The position numbers were made by a program, and so were the translations under genes. From a virus: a stretch of 64,000 nt of DNA. The stretch lies in the IMG/VR virus record IMGVR_UViG_2645727538_000003; one strand, written 5' to 3'. This document shows, piece after piece, positions 1-8,312 of this stretch. Position 1 is the first letter of the stretch. The number at the start of each line of letters is the position of its first letter. The notes under the pieces are model-generated. The model was not told the DNA's origin. It worked only from the letters and a program-made list of their open reading frames with translations, and did not search any database.

Positions 1-241
1 TATAAATTGATTTAATCTGCTCAAATGTATATTCGCTTAAGAATTCTTCTTCGTAATAATCATTTTTAATCAGATAATCCAGTTTCTCTTTTAAGTCATG
101 GAAAAAGACTGTGTTTTGATTAATGTAATCAACAAAGTAACTGTGTACGGCCTCCTTATCCTTCTCAAATTGAAACTTACCGTCTTTCTGAATCATGATC
201 TCATTATTGAGCTTGATCCACTTTGGTATTGTGTTTGTCAA
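1..241 (-). CDS. nrdE: Class Ib ribonucleotide reductase alpha subunit, N-terminal 80 aa (runs off window)
   Basis: Manual translation from TTG at 241: [57 protein letters not shown]; overlaps nrdI 3' end. Confidence 0.95.
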   Translation of the reverse strand, partial: MTNTIPKWIKLNNEIMIQKDGKFQFEKDKEAVHSYFVDYINQNTVFFHDLKEKLDYLIKNDYYEEEFLSEYTFEQIKSIY

Positions 242-599
242 TAAGTTGTACCTCCCGATTAATCTTCTGCAAATCTTGTTTTGTTCCGCTTAGTTCAAAC
301 TTTAATAACAATGGTACGTGGAACATTGCTGAGAGCTTGTCCCCAGCTAAACCATAGTTATCACCCCAAACCTTGTTACCACTCACAACAACTCCTTTTA
401 TTTTATTTTTATTCTTAATAATAAAGTTTAAAGTTCTTTCAGGTACTTCCCCAAAGCCTATCGTATATGTAATATGTATAAATTCTTCTTCAATGATTAA
501 GTCATCTGTAATTTCAATGACATCGAAGTTTAACTCCCTTTGTAAAGCTTGAGCAAACCTTTTCACGTTACCTGTCTTGCTTTCATATGTAATAATCAA
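204..599 (-). CDS. nrdI: NrdI flavodoxin-like RNR assembly protein
   Basis: [21 protein letters not shown] and [14 protein letters not shown] motifs; directly upstream of nrdE. Confidence 0.95.
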   Translation of the reverse strand: MIITYESKTGNVKRFAQALQRELNFDVIEITDDLIIEEEFIHITYTIGFGEVPERTLNFIIKNKNKIKGVVVSGNKVWGDNYGLAGDKLSAMFHVPLLLKFELSGTKQDLQKINREVQLIDKHNTKVDQAQ

Positions 600-946
600 T
601 ATTCTTTATATTCTCCGTTAACCAAACTGTTGGTGGTTGTTTCTGCTTCATTTTCAGCATGATGAAAAGCTTCAGATATTTCTAAATTAATGTCTCCCAT
701 TTCAGCATAGCCTTTGGCCATTTGAGCTTCATAATCTGATAACTCTGTCATTGGTACTGGAATGTAGTTATCCTTCTGCTCTTGTGTGATAACCATTTGA
801 TCCCCTTCAAGATTAGTCGCAATCAGCTCTCCTTTTAAAGCAGTGTATGAACCACCATTCTTCATATGTACTTGCGTATTTTCTTTTGCTTCATCCAAGG
901 TTACAAAGTGACTGCGCTTAACGTATAACTGTTTAGCAGCTCCCAT
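596..946 (-). CDS. yosL: YosL-like protein with C-terminal MazE-mimic helix
   Basis: Position upstream of nrdI; C-terminus MAKGYAEMGDINLEISEAFHHAENEAE resembles the B. subtilis MazE C-terminus and the AimX in this window. Confidence 0.8.
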   Translation of the reverse strand: MGAAKQLYVKRSHFVTLDEAKENTQVHMKNGGSYTALKGELIATNLEGDQMVITQEQKDNYIPVPMTELSDYEAQMAKGYAEMGDINLEISEAFHHAENEAETTTNSLVNGEYKEY

Positions 947-964
947 TCCACAACTCCCTTTTCT

Positions 965-1114
965 TTATTTTTTGTTTTTATCTTTGTCATGTCTTACGTC
1001 TAACTTATCCATATCATTGAGAATATGGTCAATAACAACATCGCTGAACTTACCGTAGACCTTATATCCAATTAATTTGCTTCTCAAATCTCTCCACTTT
1101 CTTGCTGCACTCAT
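965..1114 (-). CDS. Small hypothetical protein (49 aa)
   Basis: Manual ORF MSAARKWRDLRSKLIGYKVYGKFSDVVIDHILNDMDKLD... with GGAAGGGG RBS. Confidence 0.55.
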   Translation of the reverse strand: MSAARKWRDLRSKLIGYKVYGKFSDVVIDHILNDMDKLDVRHDKDKNKK

Positions 1115-1188
1115 TTTGCTTCCCCTTCCTTTGAAACTGTGATTTTATTTAGATTCAAGCCGTATCTATTCGTCCTCCTTAGGAATTG

Positions 1189-1389
1189 TCACTCTTCTTC
1201 GATCGTCCATCCGTTTAATCTTGCGTACTTTAATTTTCTTGAATATCTACGCTTCCACTCGTCCCAGTCCTTCTTCTCTTGACCTGACGTTAGTGAGCCT
1301 TTGTACTGATTTTTTCTTCTTTTCTTGTCTAGCTCTAGTATATCGCCAACCCATCTAGGAACTGACGGTCTATAGTTACTTTGCGACAT
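1189..1389 (-). CDS. Hypothetical phage protein (yosK-like by position and size)
   Basis: ORF track, 66 aa, RBS, synteny. Confidence 0.65.
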   Translation of the reverse strand: MSQSNYRPSVPRWVGDILELDKKRRKNQYKGSLTSGQEKKDWDEWKRRYSRKLKYARLNGWTIEEE

Positions 1390-1393
1390 CTAT

Positions 1394-1633
1394 TCATCCT
1401 CCAATTGTTTCTGCATAAATTTCATTGTGTCTTCCTTTGTTATTGTTTCGGCCACCCTTCTCCAAGGAGTTTTTAGCCTCTTCAACATCTGTGAATCTTT
1501 CAATCTTGTGTCTATAATCATCGATCCACCGGTAAACACATACTGCATTTTCTTCAACTTTCATGACGGTGTACTGCTGCATAGGATCTTCTAGAAGGTG
1601 AAGTTTCTGATCTTTATAAAACCCTTGAATCAT
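1394..1633 (-). CDS. Hypothetical phage protein (yosJ-like; C-terminus possibly frameshifted)
   Basis: ORF track; GAGGAGG RBS. Confidence 0.65.
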   Translation of the reverse strand: MIQGFYKDQKLHLLEDPMQQYTVMKVEENAVCVYRWIDDYRHKIERFTDVEEAKNSLEKGGRNNNKGRHNEIYAETIGG

Positions 1634-1653
1634 ATAATATCCTCCTCTTATTT

Positions 1654-1788
1654 TTATTGAATTTCTCTTACTTCATGCGGTACTCCGCTTTCTTCTTGAG
1701 CATATACAGCGTCATTGTGAGCCTCAATAGCATCATCATAAGTGTTAACAAGTGTTCCCATGCAATAAAGTCCATATTTTTTATTCAT
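1654..1788 (-). CDS. Small acidic protein (44 aa, yosI-like)
   Basis: Manual ORF MNKKYGLYCMGTLVNTYDDAIEAHNDAVYAQEESGVPHEVREIQ. Confidence 0.6.
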   Translation of the reverse strand: MNKKYGLYCMGTLVNTYDDAIEAHNDAVYAQEESGVPHEVREIQ

Positions 1789-1800
1789 TTTCATCAGCTC

Positions 1801-2142
1801 CTAATCTATTTTTGTGAATCTCTTAATCTCTTTCCCATCAATAATCACTTTTCCAAAGAACATTTCTTTAGGTCTTGCCCAAAGAACAGCGTATTGGTCT
1901 TCATATGTAACCAGCTTTTCTTCTGTTTCAGTGTGAATGACCTCTCCTATAACCTTATACAGACCCCCTTTATAATGTCTAAACCAGCAACCAGCTACTT
2001 CGTATGTATCCTTCAAAGCATTCAACAACTTCTGTGCATCTTGAGCACTTTTTGAACTGCTGTCATATTTGCTGAGATGTAAAACCGCTTCCTGCATTTT
2101 CAAATTCACTTTGTTCATCCTTCCCGGTTCCTCGAAGTACAT
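1801..2142 (-). CDS. DUF1653-type domain protein (likely start 2118)
   Basis: Motif FRHYKGGLYKVIGEVIHTETEEKLVTY...LWARPKEMF is characteristic of DUF1653. Confidence 0.75.
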   Translation of the reverse strand: MYFEEPGRMNKVNLKMQEAVLHLSKYDSSSKSAQDAQKLLNALKDTYEVAGCWFRHYKGGLYKVIGEVIHTETEEKLVTYEDQYAVLWARPKEMFFGKVIIDGKEIKRFTKID

Positions 2143-2281
2143 TAATTCTATTCACCATTTCTCTAAGCTCTTCAAGCTTCACTTTTGCATTTTCATATTC
2201 CCACTCTGGATAATACAAAGATTCCAGCTCCAAAATTCTTCTCTTGAGTAGATTGAGAACTTCTGATAATGCCTTATCCAT
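2063..2281 (-). CDS. Hypothetical coiled-coil protein
   Basis: ORF track; preceded by GAGG RBS. Confidence 0.5.
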   Translation of the reverse strand: MDKALSEVLNLLKRRILELESLYYPEWEYENAKVKLEELREMVNRINVLRGTGKDEQSEFENAGSGFTSQQI

Positions 2282-2387
2282 TCCAATTTCCTCAGCAGTT
2301 GTGTTTGAATTTATCAGAGCTTCTCGAATACGTTGAGACTGCCTTTGACTTATACTAATGTCTAATCAACTCCTTAAAATCATCCTT

Positions 2388-2744
2388 TTAAAGTAATGAA
2401 TAAAATCCCAGTTCGCTGACCGCCCCGCCAGCCATTGTTTTGAGCACTTTGAATTCTAATTTAACTGCCAAGTCTCCTGCCATGTTGAAATGAATTTTAT
2501 TAATGTCCGCCTTTAACACCTTTGTTTCGCCCTCATAACTTGTCAATTTCATTTTAAGTGGACTTTTTATCCCCTCATTCAAATCAAACACCTTATATGC
2601 TGTTGAATTCTTACCCGTGTTTATAGTAATCCTGTCCTCATCCTCAACAGCTTCAATGTTCTGGTAGTGAAGAACAATTTTCGTTTCCTTCGGTAAATAA
2701 TTATTAAATTTTTCTTTAAAAACAGAGATTTCTTTTAAAATCAT
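2388..2744 (-). CDS. Hypothetical protein
   Basis: ORF track; AAGGAGAG RBS. Confidence 0.65.
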   Translation of the reverse strand: MILKEISVFKEKFNNYLPKETKIVLHYQNIEAVEDEDRITINTGKNSTAYKVFDLNEGIKSPLKMKLTSYEGETKVLKADINKIHFNMAGDLAVKLEFKVLKTMAGGAVSELGFYSLL

Positions 2745-2780
2745 ATCTGACTCTCCTTTTGAAAAAAACTATTTTTCTGG

Positions 2781-3062
2781 TTAATCCTCTTGAGGGACTT
2801 TAATATAATTTGGAGCTTCCTCTAGCATCTCATCAAATATTTCGTCAATTGCTTCCTGAAATACAGTTAACCCGGTTTCACTATTTGTTGAGGTTTCATT
2901 AATCTTTTCAGCAAACCCTTTAGCAAATTGTCTTTTAAATTTAACCTTAATTGATTCATCCCAGTTGTTTGGATTATTGTTGAATGCCACTTCTAACAAA
3001 TCGATCGGTAGAGTAATGACTACATTTTTCCCTTTGACTTTCGCGTAATCCATGATTTCCAT
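2781..3062 (-). CDS. Hypothetical protein
   Basis: ORF track; GAGGAG RBS. Confidence 0.65.
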   Translation of the reverse strand: MEIMDYAKVKGKNVVITLPIDLLEVAFNNNPNNWDESIKVKFKRQFAKGFAEKINETSTNSETGLTVFQEAIDEIFDEMLEEAPNYIKVPQED

Positions 3063-3099
3063 CTCCTCTTTTGTTTAAAATAAAACTTTTAATTAAATC

Positions 3100-3297
3100 T
3101 CAATCAACTGATTCGTATTTAACCCTTGGATAAGTTGTTTGCATATAAACTTTTTTCATGCACAATGGACATTGAAACGGATACTTCGGTGGGTTTGATG
3201 TGAGCATCATATTTGCAAACACGAGCTCTGGAGCTTCCTCGCATTCATCACAATGCAACGTCTCTCTAAAAACTTTAACTTGCTGCGATTTAATCAT
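3100..3297 (-). CDS. Small zinc-ribbon-like protein
   Basis: CDEC and CPLC pairs; GAGGA RBS. Confidence 0.65.
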   Translation of the reverse strand: MIKSQQVKVFRETLHCDECEEAPELVFANMMLTSNPPKYPFQCPLCMKKVYMQTTYPRVKYESVD

Positions 3298-3315
3298 ATT
3301 CAGATTCCTCCTTCG

Positions 3316-3663
3316 TTAAATAAACAATGTACTGACATACAGAACAATCAATGCAAAAGCTGAATGAAGTAAAGACTTACCGGCTTTCTTGAAAATGTTC
3401 TCATCTTTTTCCTGATCTGACCGTTTTACACCTTTGACAAATACGTTGAGTAAAACACCAATAACAAATGCATGAGGTAAAGTGATATGGACATTTTGAA
3501 TGTTGTATGTATCAATAAGCAAAGGATTTAACACGTGATTCAATCCATAATAGACAACTAGTGACATAGTCAATGCTTCAACAAAAATGAGTAACCCAAC
3601 TACAATCAGGGAACCTGATCCAATAAAGAAACCGTTCCAAATATCTTTTGTATTCTTATTCAA
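3316..3663 (-). CDS. Membrane protein (yosE-like)
   Basis: Three hydrophobic segments; synteny. Confidence 0.65.
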   Translation of the reverse strand: MNKNTKDIWNGFFIGSGSLIVVGLLIFVEALTMSLVVYYGLNHVLNPLLIDTYNIQNVHITLPHAFVIGVLLNVFVKGVKRSDQEKDENIFKKAGKSLLHSAFALIVLYVSTLFI

Positions 3664-3677
3664 TAAATATCTCTCCT

Positions 3678-4085
3678 TTAGTCTTTTTTAGTTAGCCTCT
3701 TCCACCAGGAAGTTTTACGTTTTTCTTCTTCCTCTTTAAAGCGTTCATAGTTTTCTTTAACTTGCTGATTCCATTTCTGTATTTTTTCTTGTGTTTGAAT
3801 CGCTTTTTCAAGGCTCTCTTTATCCTCAATTGTTTTAATTACCTTGTCAGTCTGATATGTCCATTCATTTTTTGTGTTGCGCTGCCTGTCTGTTACAACT
3901 ACGTATTCATTAAACCCAGGAATATAAACCTTTCCACCAACTTCAATTGGGTCTAAGTCGATGATTCCTTCAAAAAATGTCTGGAATTCACATTGCTGCT
4001 CAATTGGAACAAGAGCATCACACAGGCCTAACCTCCAACTTTTCTTAATTATCTTCCCTTCAAATGTTGCTTTATGTCGTCCCAC
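3678..4085 (-). CDS. Hypothetical protein (yosD-like), paralog of the adjacent gene
   Basis: ORF track; GGAGGTG RBS; shared motifs with 4097..4645. Confidence 0.7.
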   Translation of the reverse strand: MGRHKATFEGKIIKKSWRLGLCDALVPIEQQCEFQTFFEGIIDLDPIEVGGKVYIPGFNEYVVVTDRQRNTKNEWTYQTDKVIKTIEDKESLEKAIQTQEKIQKWNQQVKENYERFKEEEEKRKTSWWKRLTKKD

Positions 4086-4096
4086 TTATTCACCTC

Positions 4097-4645
4097 CTAC
4101 TGTTGCATCTCTTTCTTAAAAGCATGTTTCAAATGTTGCCAAAATGATATCCTTTTATTTCCTAGCTGATTATCATACTTTTCTTTTCCTTTACTTCCGT
4201 CTAAATACTCCCTTAATTGTTTTTCAGCTTGAATTTTACTCTCCTTATTCTCGACTGTACTTATGACATAATCAGTGAAGTAAATCCATCCTCCATCAAG
4301 CATTTTGACCTTTTTTTCTATATGAACATTTTCATCAAGTTCATTTATGTAAAGAGTGTCGCCGCAGTTAACTTCAAAATTAATTTCATCCTCATAAAAA
4401 GTTTCAGTAGATATATCTAACTCCTCGTGCTCAATAGTTGGTGGCTTTTGTTTGGCAGGGACGCCATGAAAACACGATGGATATACCCTGAAAAGGTAAA
4501 TCTTTTCTATTTTCTTGCCTTTAAATACCGCTCTATGCTTCTCCATTTTCCACCTTCTCACTTTTTGTTTTGATTTGTCGTATACTGCGCTTGCCCGGGA
4601 AATTATGAATATTTCCTTCTGACTATTTCCCTTCACGTTGTTCAT
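4097..4645 (-). CDS. Hypothetical protein (yosC-like); start 4645 (ATGA overlap) or 4546
   Basis: ORF track trimmed to the start coupled with the upstream gene. Confidence 0.65.
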   Translation of the reverse strand: MNNVKGNSQKEIFIISRASAVYDKSKQKVRRWKMEKHRAVFKGKKIEKIYLFRVYPSCFHGVPAKQKPPTIEHEELDISTETFYEDEINFEVNCGDTLYINELDENVHIEKKVKMLDGGWIYFTDYVISTVENKESKIQAEKQLREYLDGSKGKEKYDNQLGNKRISFWQHLKHAFKKEMQQ

Positions 4646-4821
4646 ATCACTGTAAGAATAACTCCAAGAATGAGTGAACATCCTCCGATTAAGAAAACCG
4701 TAAGATAAAATGGTTTGCCTTCTTTAAAGTTCTTATTCTCAACCAAACATGCCATTCCATTGCCTAAGAATATTGAGCCGAATAAGATCAGACCCAGTAC
4801 TAAATATAAAATTTCATTCAC
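4642..4821 (-). CDS. Small two-TM membrane protein (59 aa, yosB-like)
   Basis: Manual ORF from GTG: MNEILYLVLGLILFGSIFLGNGMACLVENKNFKEGKPFYLTVFLIGGCSLILGVILTVI. Confidence 0.6.
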   Translation of the reverse strand: MNEILYLVLGLILFGSIFLGNGMACLVENKNFKEGKPFYLTVFLIGGCSLILGVILTVI

Positions 4822-4858
4822 CTCGATTCTCGATAAATGGAATATTTTATTTTTACTC

Positions 4859-5044
4859 TTAAAGTAGTTGCAAGTATTCCAACGTCTTTTCTAATTTCAT
4901 GTCTTTACAACTCTCAATGCATTCTTTCTTGATTGTTTCTCCGCATTCTTTATGTACCGGGAATTCTCTGTATTCTTTGTTATCAGTTATTCTTATGTAA
5001 TAAACGATCTCGCCTATGTGATCCTTGCATTTAACACACTCCAA
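4859..5044 (-). CDS. Small Cys/His-containing hypothetical protein
   Basis: CVKC and HKEC motifs; follows a sigma-A-like promoter at about 5073-5101. Confidence 0.6.
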   Translation of the reverse strand: MECVKCKDHIGEIVYYIRITDNKEYREFPVHKECGETIKKECIESCKDMKLEKTLEYLQLL

Positions 5045-5131
5045 TGCATCACCTCGCTCCCTATATTTCTAATATACTCGCATCTCATCAATTAATCAAT
5101 AACTATTTTATTTTTATTCTCAATATTTTTT

Positions 5132-5158
5132 AAAAAGTAGGAGAGTTTCCTCCCCTAC
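5132..5158 (-). terminator. Rho-independent terminator closing the bacteriocin/immunity pair
   Basis: Minus strand GTAGGGGAG-GAAA-CTCTCCTAC followed by TTTTT. Confidence 0.8.
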
Positions 5159-5176
5159 AGTACAATAAGGCTGCTG

Positions 5177-5341
5177 CTAATGGTTTTGAGTTCGTTTATG
5201 AAATACACGAACAATTATTGCTGCTATGAATAATAAGGCAAACAACCCAAAAGCCATTGTTCCATCCTTTAAAATTATCCCAAAGATCAACAATGCGCAA
5301 CCAGACAAAATAAATAGTATCTTACTTAAGATATTGATCAT
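5177..5341 (-). CDS. Putative bacteriocin immunity protein (54 aa, two TM helices)
   Basis: Manual ORF MINILSKILFILSGCALLIFGIILKDGTMAFGLFALLFIAAIIVRVFHKRTQNH; ATGA overlap with the upstream stop. Confidence 0.65.
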   Translation of the reverse strand: MINILSKILFILSGCALLIFGIILKDGTMAFGLFALLFIAAIIVRVFHKRTQNH

Positions 5342-6096
5342 TTACACTTCTCCATACAATCAAAGAATGCATTTACACCAATAATACCAGCAGAATTTAC
5401 ACAAGCATAGCAAGCAGTCCCCGCTGTTGCTGGAACACCAGCTGTGCATGCAGCTCCACATAAAATAGCTAAACCGGTAATTGCCCATTGGCTAATATTC
5501 TTATCACCTAAGCAATCTGATACGCATCCAGTCCAACTCTTCTGAGCACTCATCATGTTAGATGAACTTACTTTGTCCTCTGAAGTTTGTTTTGTTTCAA
5601 AGACCCCTGACTTGTCCTCATCCTTAACACCATTAACCCAATAATTCATTTCGTTTTGAGTACTGCTGATTTTCTTCATGTCAACTTCATAGTACTCTTC
5701 AATATTCATATCGCTATCAAACGAAACATTGAATGAGCTAACTCTGTCTACTTTTTCAGTATCCATGTATAAATAAGAAACCGAATAAGTTACTGTGCCA
5801 TCATCATACTTGATACCTCTAACTGATGCATTATCAAATACCTTTTCGTTTGATTTATGATACTTAATGTCTCCATCTTCAATTGCTTTTTCTGCCTTGG
5901 ATAGAAGTTTTTCCTTAGTCTTTTTACTCACATCAATAGTGTGATCTGCAATAAATTCTGCCTCTGATTTTACTTTATCCTTGTCGACATTATCTGTTGA
6001 GATTGTGCTCTTTGCATCACTGTTCGGAGGAAATGTTGAAAAGGCTAGGACAAATACGGCAACTAGTGCTAAGATCGTTCGATAAAAATTGTTCAT
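5338..6096 (-). CDS. Secreted precursor with 8-Cys C-terminal domain, halocin-C8-like bacteriocin candidate (252 aa)
   Basis: ATG at 6096 after AAGGGG RBS; signal peptide MNNFYRTILALVAVFVLAFSTFPPNSDA; C-terminal CxxxC/CxxxC/CxxC/CxxxC around a Gly/Ala-rich hydrophobic core. Confidence 0.7.
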   Translation of the reverse strand: MNNFYRTILALVAVFVLAFSTFPPNSDAKSTISTDNVDKDKVKSEAEFIADHTIDVSKKTKEKLLSKAEKAIEDGDIKYHKSNEKVFDNASVRGIKYDDGTVTYSVSYLYMDTEKVDRVSSFNVSFDSDMNIEEYYEVDMKKISSTQNEMNYWVNGVKDEDKSGVFETKQTSEDKVSSSNMMSAQKSWTGCVSDCLGDKNISQWAITGLAILCGAACTAGVPATAGTACYACVNSAGIIGVNAFFDCMEKCK

Positions 6097-6283
6097 TAAA
6101 ATATCCCCTTTGTAAAAATATAATTCGCATCTGGCACCAATACTTATCAAACAAACAATCTCATAAATCACCTTCTTTCTTTAATAAATGCTACCAATCA
6201 TATAAATAATTGTTAAGAAATACTGATGATTTTGAATATTAAGTAACACAGATGTCCTTATATCAAGGGGATATTGCTCACCT

Positions 6284-6481
6284 TTATAAACAACTTATGT
6301 AATTTTGTAATTCCTTAGATTTAGTAAAAATCTCACCGAATTTTTTGTCTATAGTTTTCCATTGTCTTTCAGATGTTGAAGGCAACTCATTTTCAAGATA
6401 AATGAACAACTCATCAACTCTGCTACTAAGTTGATCTATATTTTGCACAAGTGTTTCTTTTATTGGATCAGATATGTGCAC
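6284..6481 (-). CDS. Hypothetical protein
   Basis: ORF track; GGAGGA RBS. Confidence 0.55.
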   Translation of the reverse strand: MHISDPIKETLVQNIDQLSSRVDELFIYLENELPSTSERQWKTIDKKFGEIFTKSKELQNYISCL

Positions 6482-6494
6482 GGATCCGTCCTCC

Positions 6495-6719
6495 CTATGA
6501 AAAGATAATTACCGCCTTGCTGTTGTTATTTTTTATGTATGGAGAATATTTTCGTTCAAGATAATTAGACGTGCCTTCTCCCAGACTCACATTATAAATA
6601 TCTCTTACTTTATGTACTTCATATGCTTGTTCTTTTGCCTGTTCAGGTGATAACGCCTCAATTACCAAAGACGTATTTTCGCCTTTATGATCTTTACATC
6701 TAACATAGTACCTTTTCAA
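6495..6719 (-). CDS. Hypothetical protein
   Basis: ORF track. Confidence 0.55.
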   Translation of the reverse strand: MKRYYVRCKDHKGENTSLVIEALSPEQAKEQAYEVHKVRDIYNVSLGEGTSNYLERKYSPYIKNNNSKAVIIFS

Positions 6720-6756
6720 TAAACATCCCTTTATCCTTTCTTTTTATCCTGTTGTA

Positions 6757-6984
6757 TTAATCCTCTTTTAGGTAAGCCTTGAAGAACTCGTCTAGGTTTG
6801 CAGCAATCGCTCCAGCAACTTCTGCACAATGATCGTGACTCTTTTCTTGAGATCTTAGAAACTCAACTGCAGACTTTGCAATGGCTTTTATTTTCTCCTC
6901 GTCTAATTTTCCACTTCTTACTTCGTCTTTAATTTTTTCGGCTTCCTCTTTTAAACTTTCTGGATAGTTGACCATAGACTTCAC
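6757..6984 (-). CDS. Hypothetical helical protein
   Basis: ORF track; GAGGTG RBS. Confidence 0.6.
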   Translation of the reverse strand: MKSMVNYPESLKEEAEKIKDEVRSGKLDEEKIKAIAKSAVEFLRSQEKSHDHCAEVAGAIAANLDEFFKAYLKED

Positions 6985-7013
6985 CTCTCATATTTTATTT
7001 TTATTTTTAAAAA

Positions 7014-7235
7014 TTATACAGAAATCAACCTATAATGACCCAGTTCCACGTCTGAAACAGGAACGTAGTCAATCATTCCATCACTTTCAAAACGAACCTT
7101 ATAACAAAGCCTAGACTCTTGATTTTCAGGCTTATATCCAATAAAACCAATAATAATTCCCAACTCATTTTTTCTTCTATGGGCATAGCACGAAATTGGA
7201 TTGATAAACACTTTGCTTTCCATAAGGTACAGCAC
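7014..7235 (-). CDS. Hypothetical small beta-barrel-like protein
   Basis: ORF track; AGGAG RBS. Confidence 0.5.
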   Translation of the reverse strand: MLYLMESKVFINPISCYAHRRKNELGIIIGFIGYKPENQESRLCYKVRFESDGMIDYVPVSDVELGHYRLISV

Positions 7236-7270
7236 TCCTAACTATATGAAATTGATCTTTTATTTAAAGC

Positions 7271-7831
7271 TCATCTTATGTATGACATAGCTTGACCATT
7301 AGATAAGTTATTCATGGTTAGCAATATTTCTTTCATGCCTTCGATTTCATGCCCTTCTTTAACTCGAACCCAAGTTGGAGTGATTCCTTTCTGTTTAAAG
7401 ACAGCATTAATAACATTCTCTCTTTTCTTGTCGGCAATTTTTTTATATCTATGTTCTTTTTCGTCGTACTCGACTATTAGCCAAATATCAGGAAAAAAGA
7501 AATCAAGACGATACCTATCAATTTTCTTTTGTCTTTCAATAATAGTGCTACAGAAGAATCTTCCCAGCCAATCTCCAAAAGATGTTTCAAATCTAGGAGA
7601 CATTTGACTATACTTATATCTTGTTATAAGTCTCTCTTTTCCATGCTCAGTGATTTTGTACAAGGGAAGTTTTTTACCGCGCTGGGACGTATAATATTGT
7701 TTGTCAAAATCGCACTCAAATTCAGGCTGTCTTTCTACGATACTCTTTATATCCCTCAGTACATGGTCATGCCTTTTCTTAAATTCCTCAGCAATCTCCC
7801 TGCTGTCTGATACGAAGTTTTCTTTGATCAT
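7271..7831 (-). CDS. Rha-family N-terminal domain fused to a DUF559/Vsr-like endonuclease domain
   Basis: Rha motif DSREIAEEFKKRHDHVLRDI...YYTSQRGKKLPLYKIT; nuclease-like QKKIDRYRLDFFFP...IVEYDEKEH...DKKRE. Confidence 0.75.
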   Translation of the reverse strand: MIKENFVSDSREIAEEFKKRHDHVLRDIKSIVERQPEFECDFDKQYYTSQRGKKLPLYKITEHGKERLITRYKYSQMSPRFETSFGDWLGRFFCSTIIERQKKIDRYRLDFFFPDIWLIVEYDEKEHRYKKIADKKRENVINAVFKQKGITPTWVRVKEGHEIEGMKEILLTMNNLSNGQAMSYIR

Positions 7832-7958
7832 TTACCCTCCTATTTAATCCCTTTAAAAGAGATATTTCAAACACTTTCACAAACACTTCACACATTTCAA
7901 ATATTTAACATGATAGACTGGAGATGTAATCACAATCAAAACCTAGGAGGTAATTCTT

Positions 7959-8306
7959 ATGAAAAAGTTTTACAAAGGATTGATTGTTTCTGCTCTATCG
8001 CTTACAGCACTAGCACTCCCTGCATTCACATCACAGGCTTCTGCTTTAACCCCTGTCAAATCAGTTGATCAAGTTAAGCAGCTAGGTGATTCGCTTGGTA
8101 CAGTTGATTTTCACATGCTGAGGAATTCTAACGTATCTCTATTAAAAGGCTACACCCGTTGGGAAATTGTATCTGGAAGCAACCTTATAAGCATTAGTTC
8201 CAGTGGTGTCGTATCCTCTCATTCAACTTTGGGCACAGCATTGGTTTACGCGTATGACATTAATGACAACTATGTGATTTATAAAATTACAGTAGAAGCA
8301 CGTTAG
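7959..8306 (+). CDS. Secreted protein with probable Ig-like (Big_2-type) domain
   Basis: Signal peptide ending ASA; W...ISISSSGVV...GTALVYAY pattern; AGGAGG RBS; opposite orientation to neighbours. Confidence 0.6.
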   Translation: MKKFYKGLIVSALSLTALALPAFTSQASALTPVKSVDQVKQLGDSLGTVDFHMLRNSNVSLLKGYTRWEIVSGSNLISISSSGVVSSHSTLGTALVYAYDINDNYVIYKITVEAR

Positions 8307-8312
8307 TTTACT

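Noticed and set aside
1657-2251. Plus-strand ORFs 1657..2055 and 2069..2251
   Set aside because: Antisense shadows of well-supported minus-strand genes; Phe/Ile/Ser-rich, no RBS.
6097-6171. N-terminal extension of the 277-aa ORF-track call
   Set aside because: The RBS and signal peptide point to ATG 6096.
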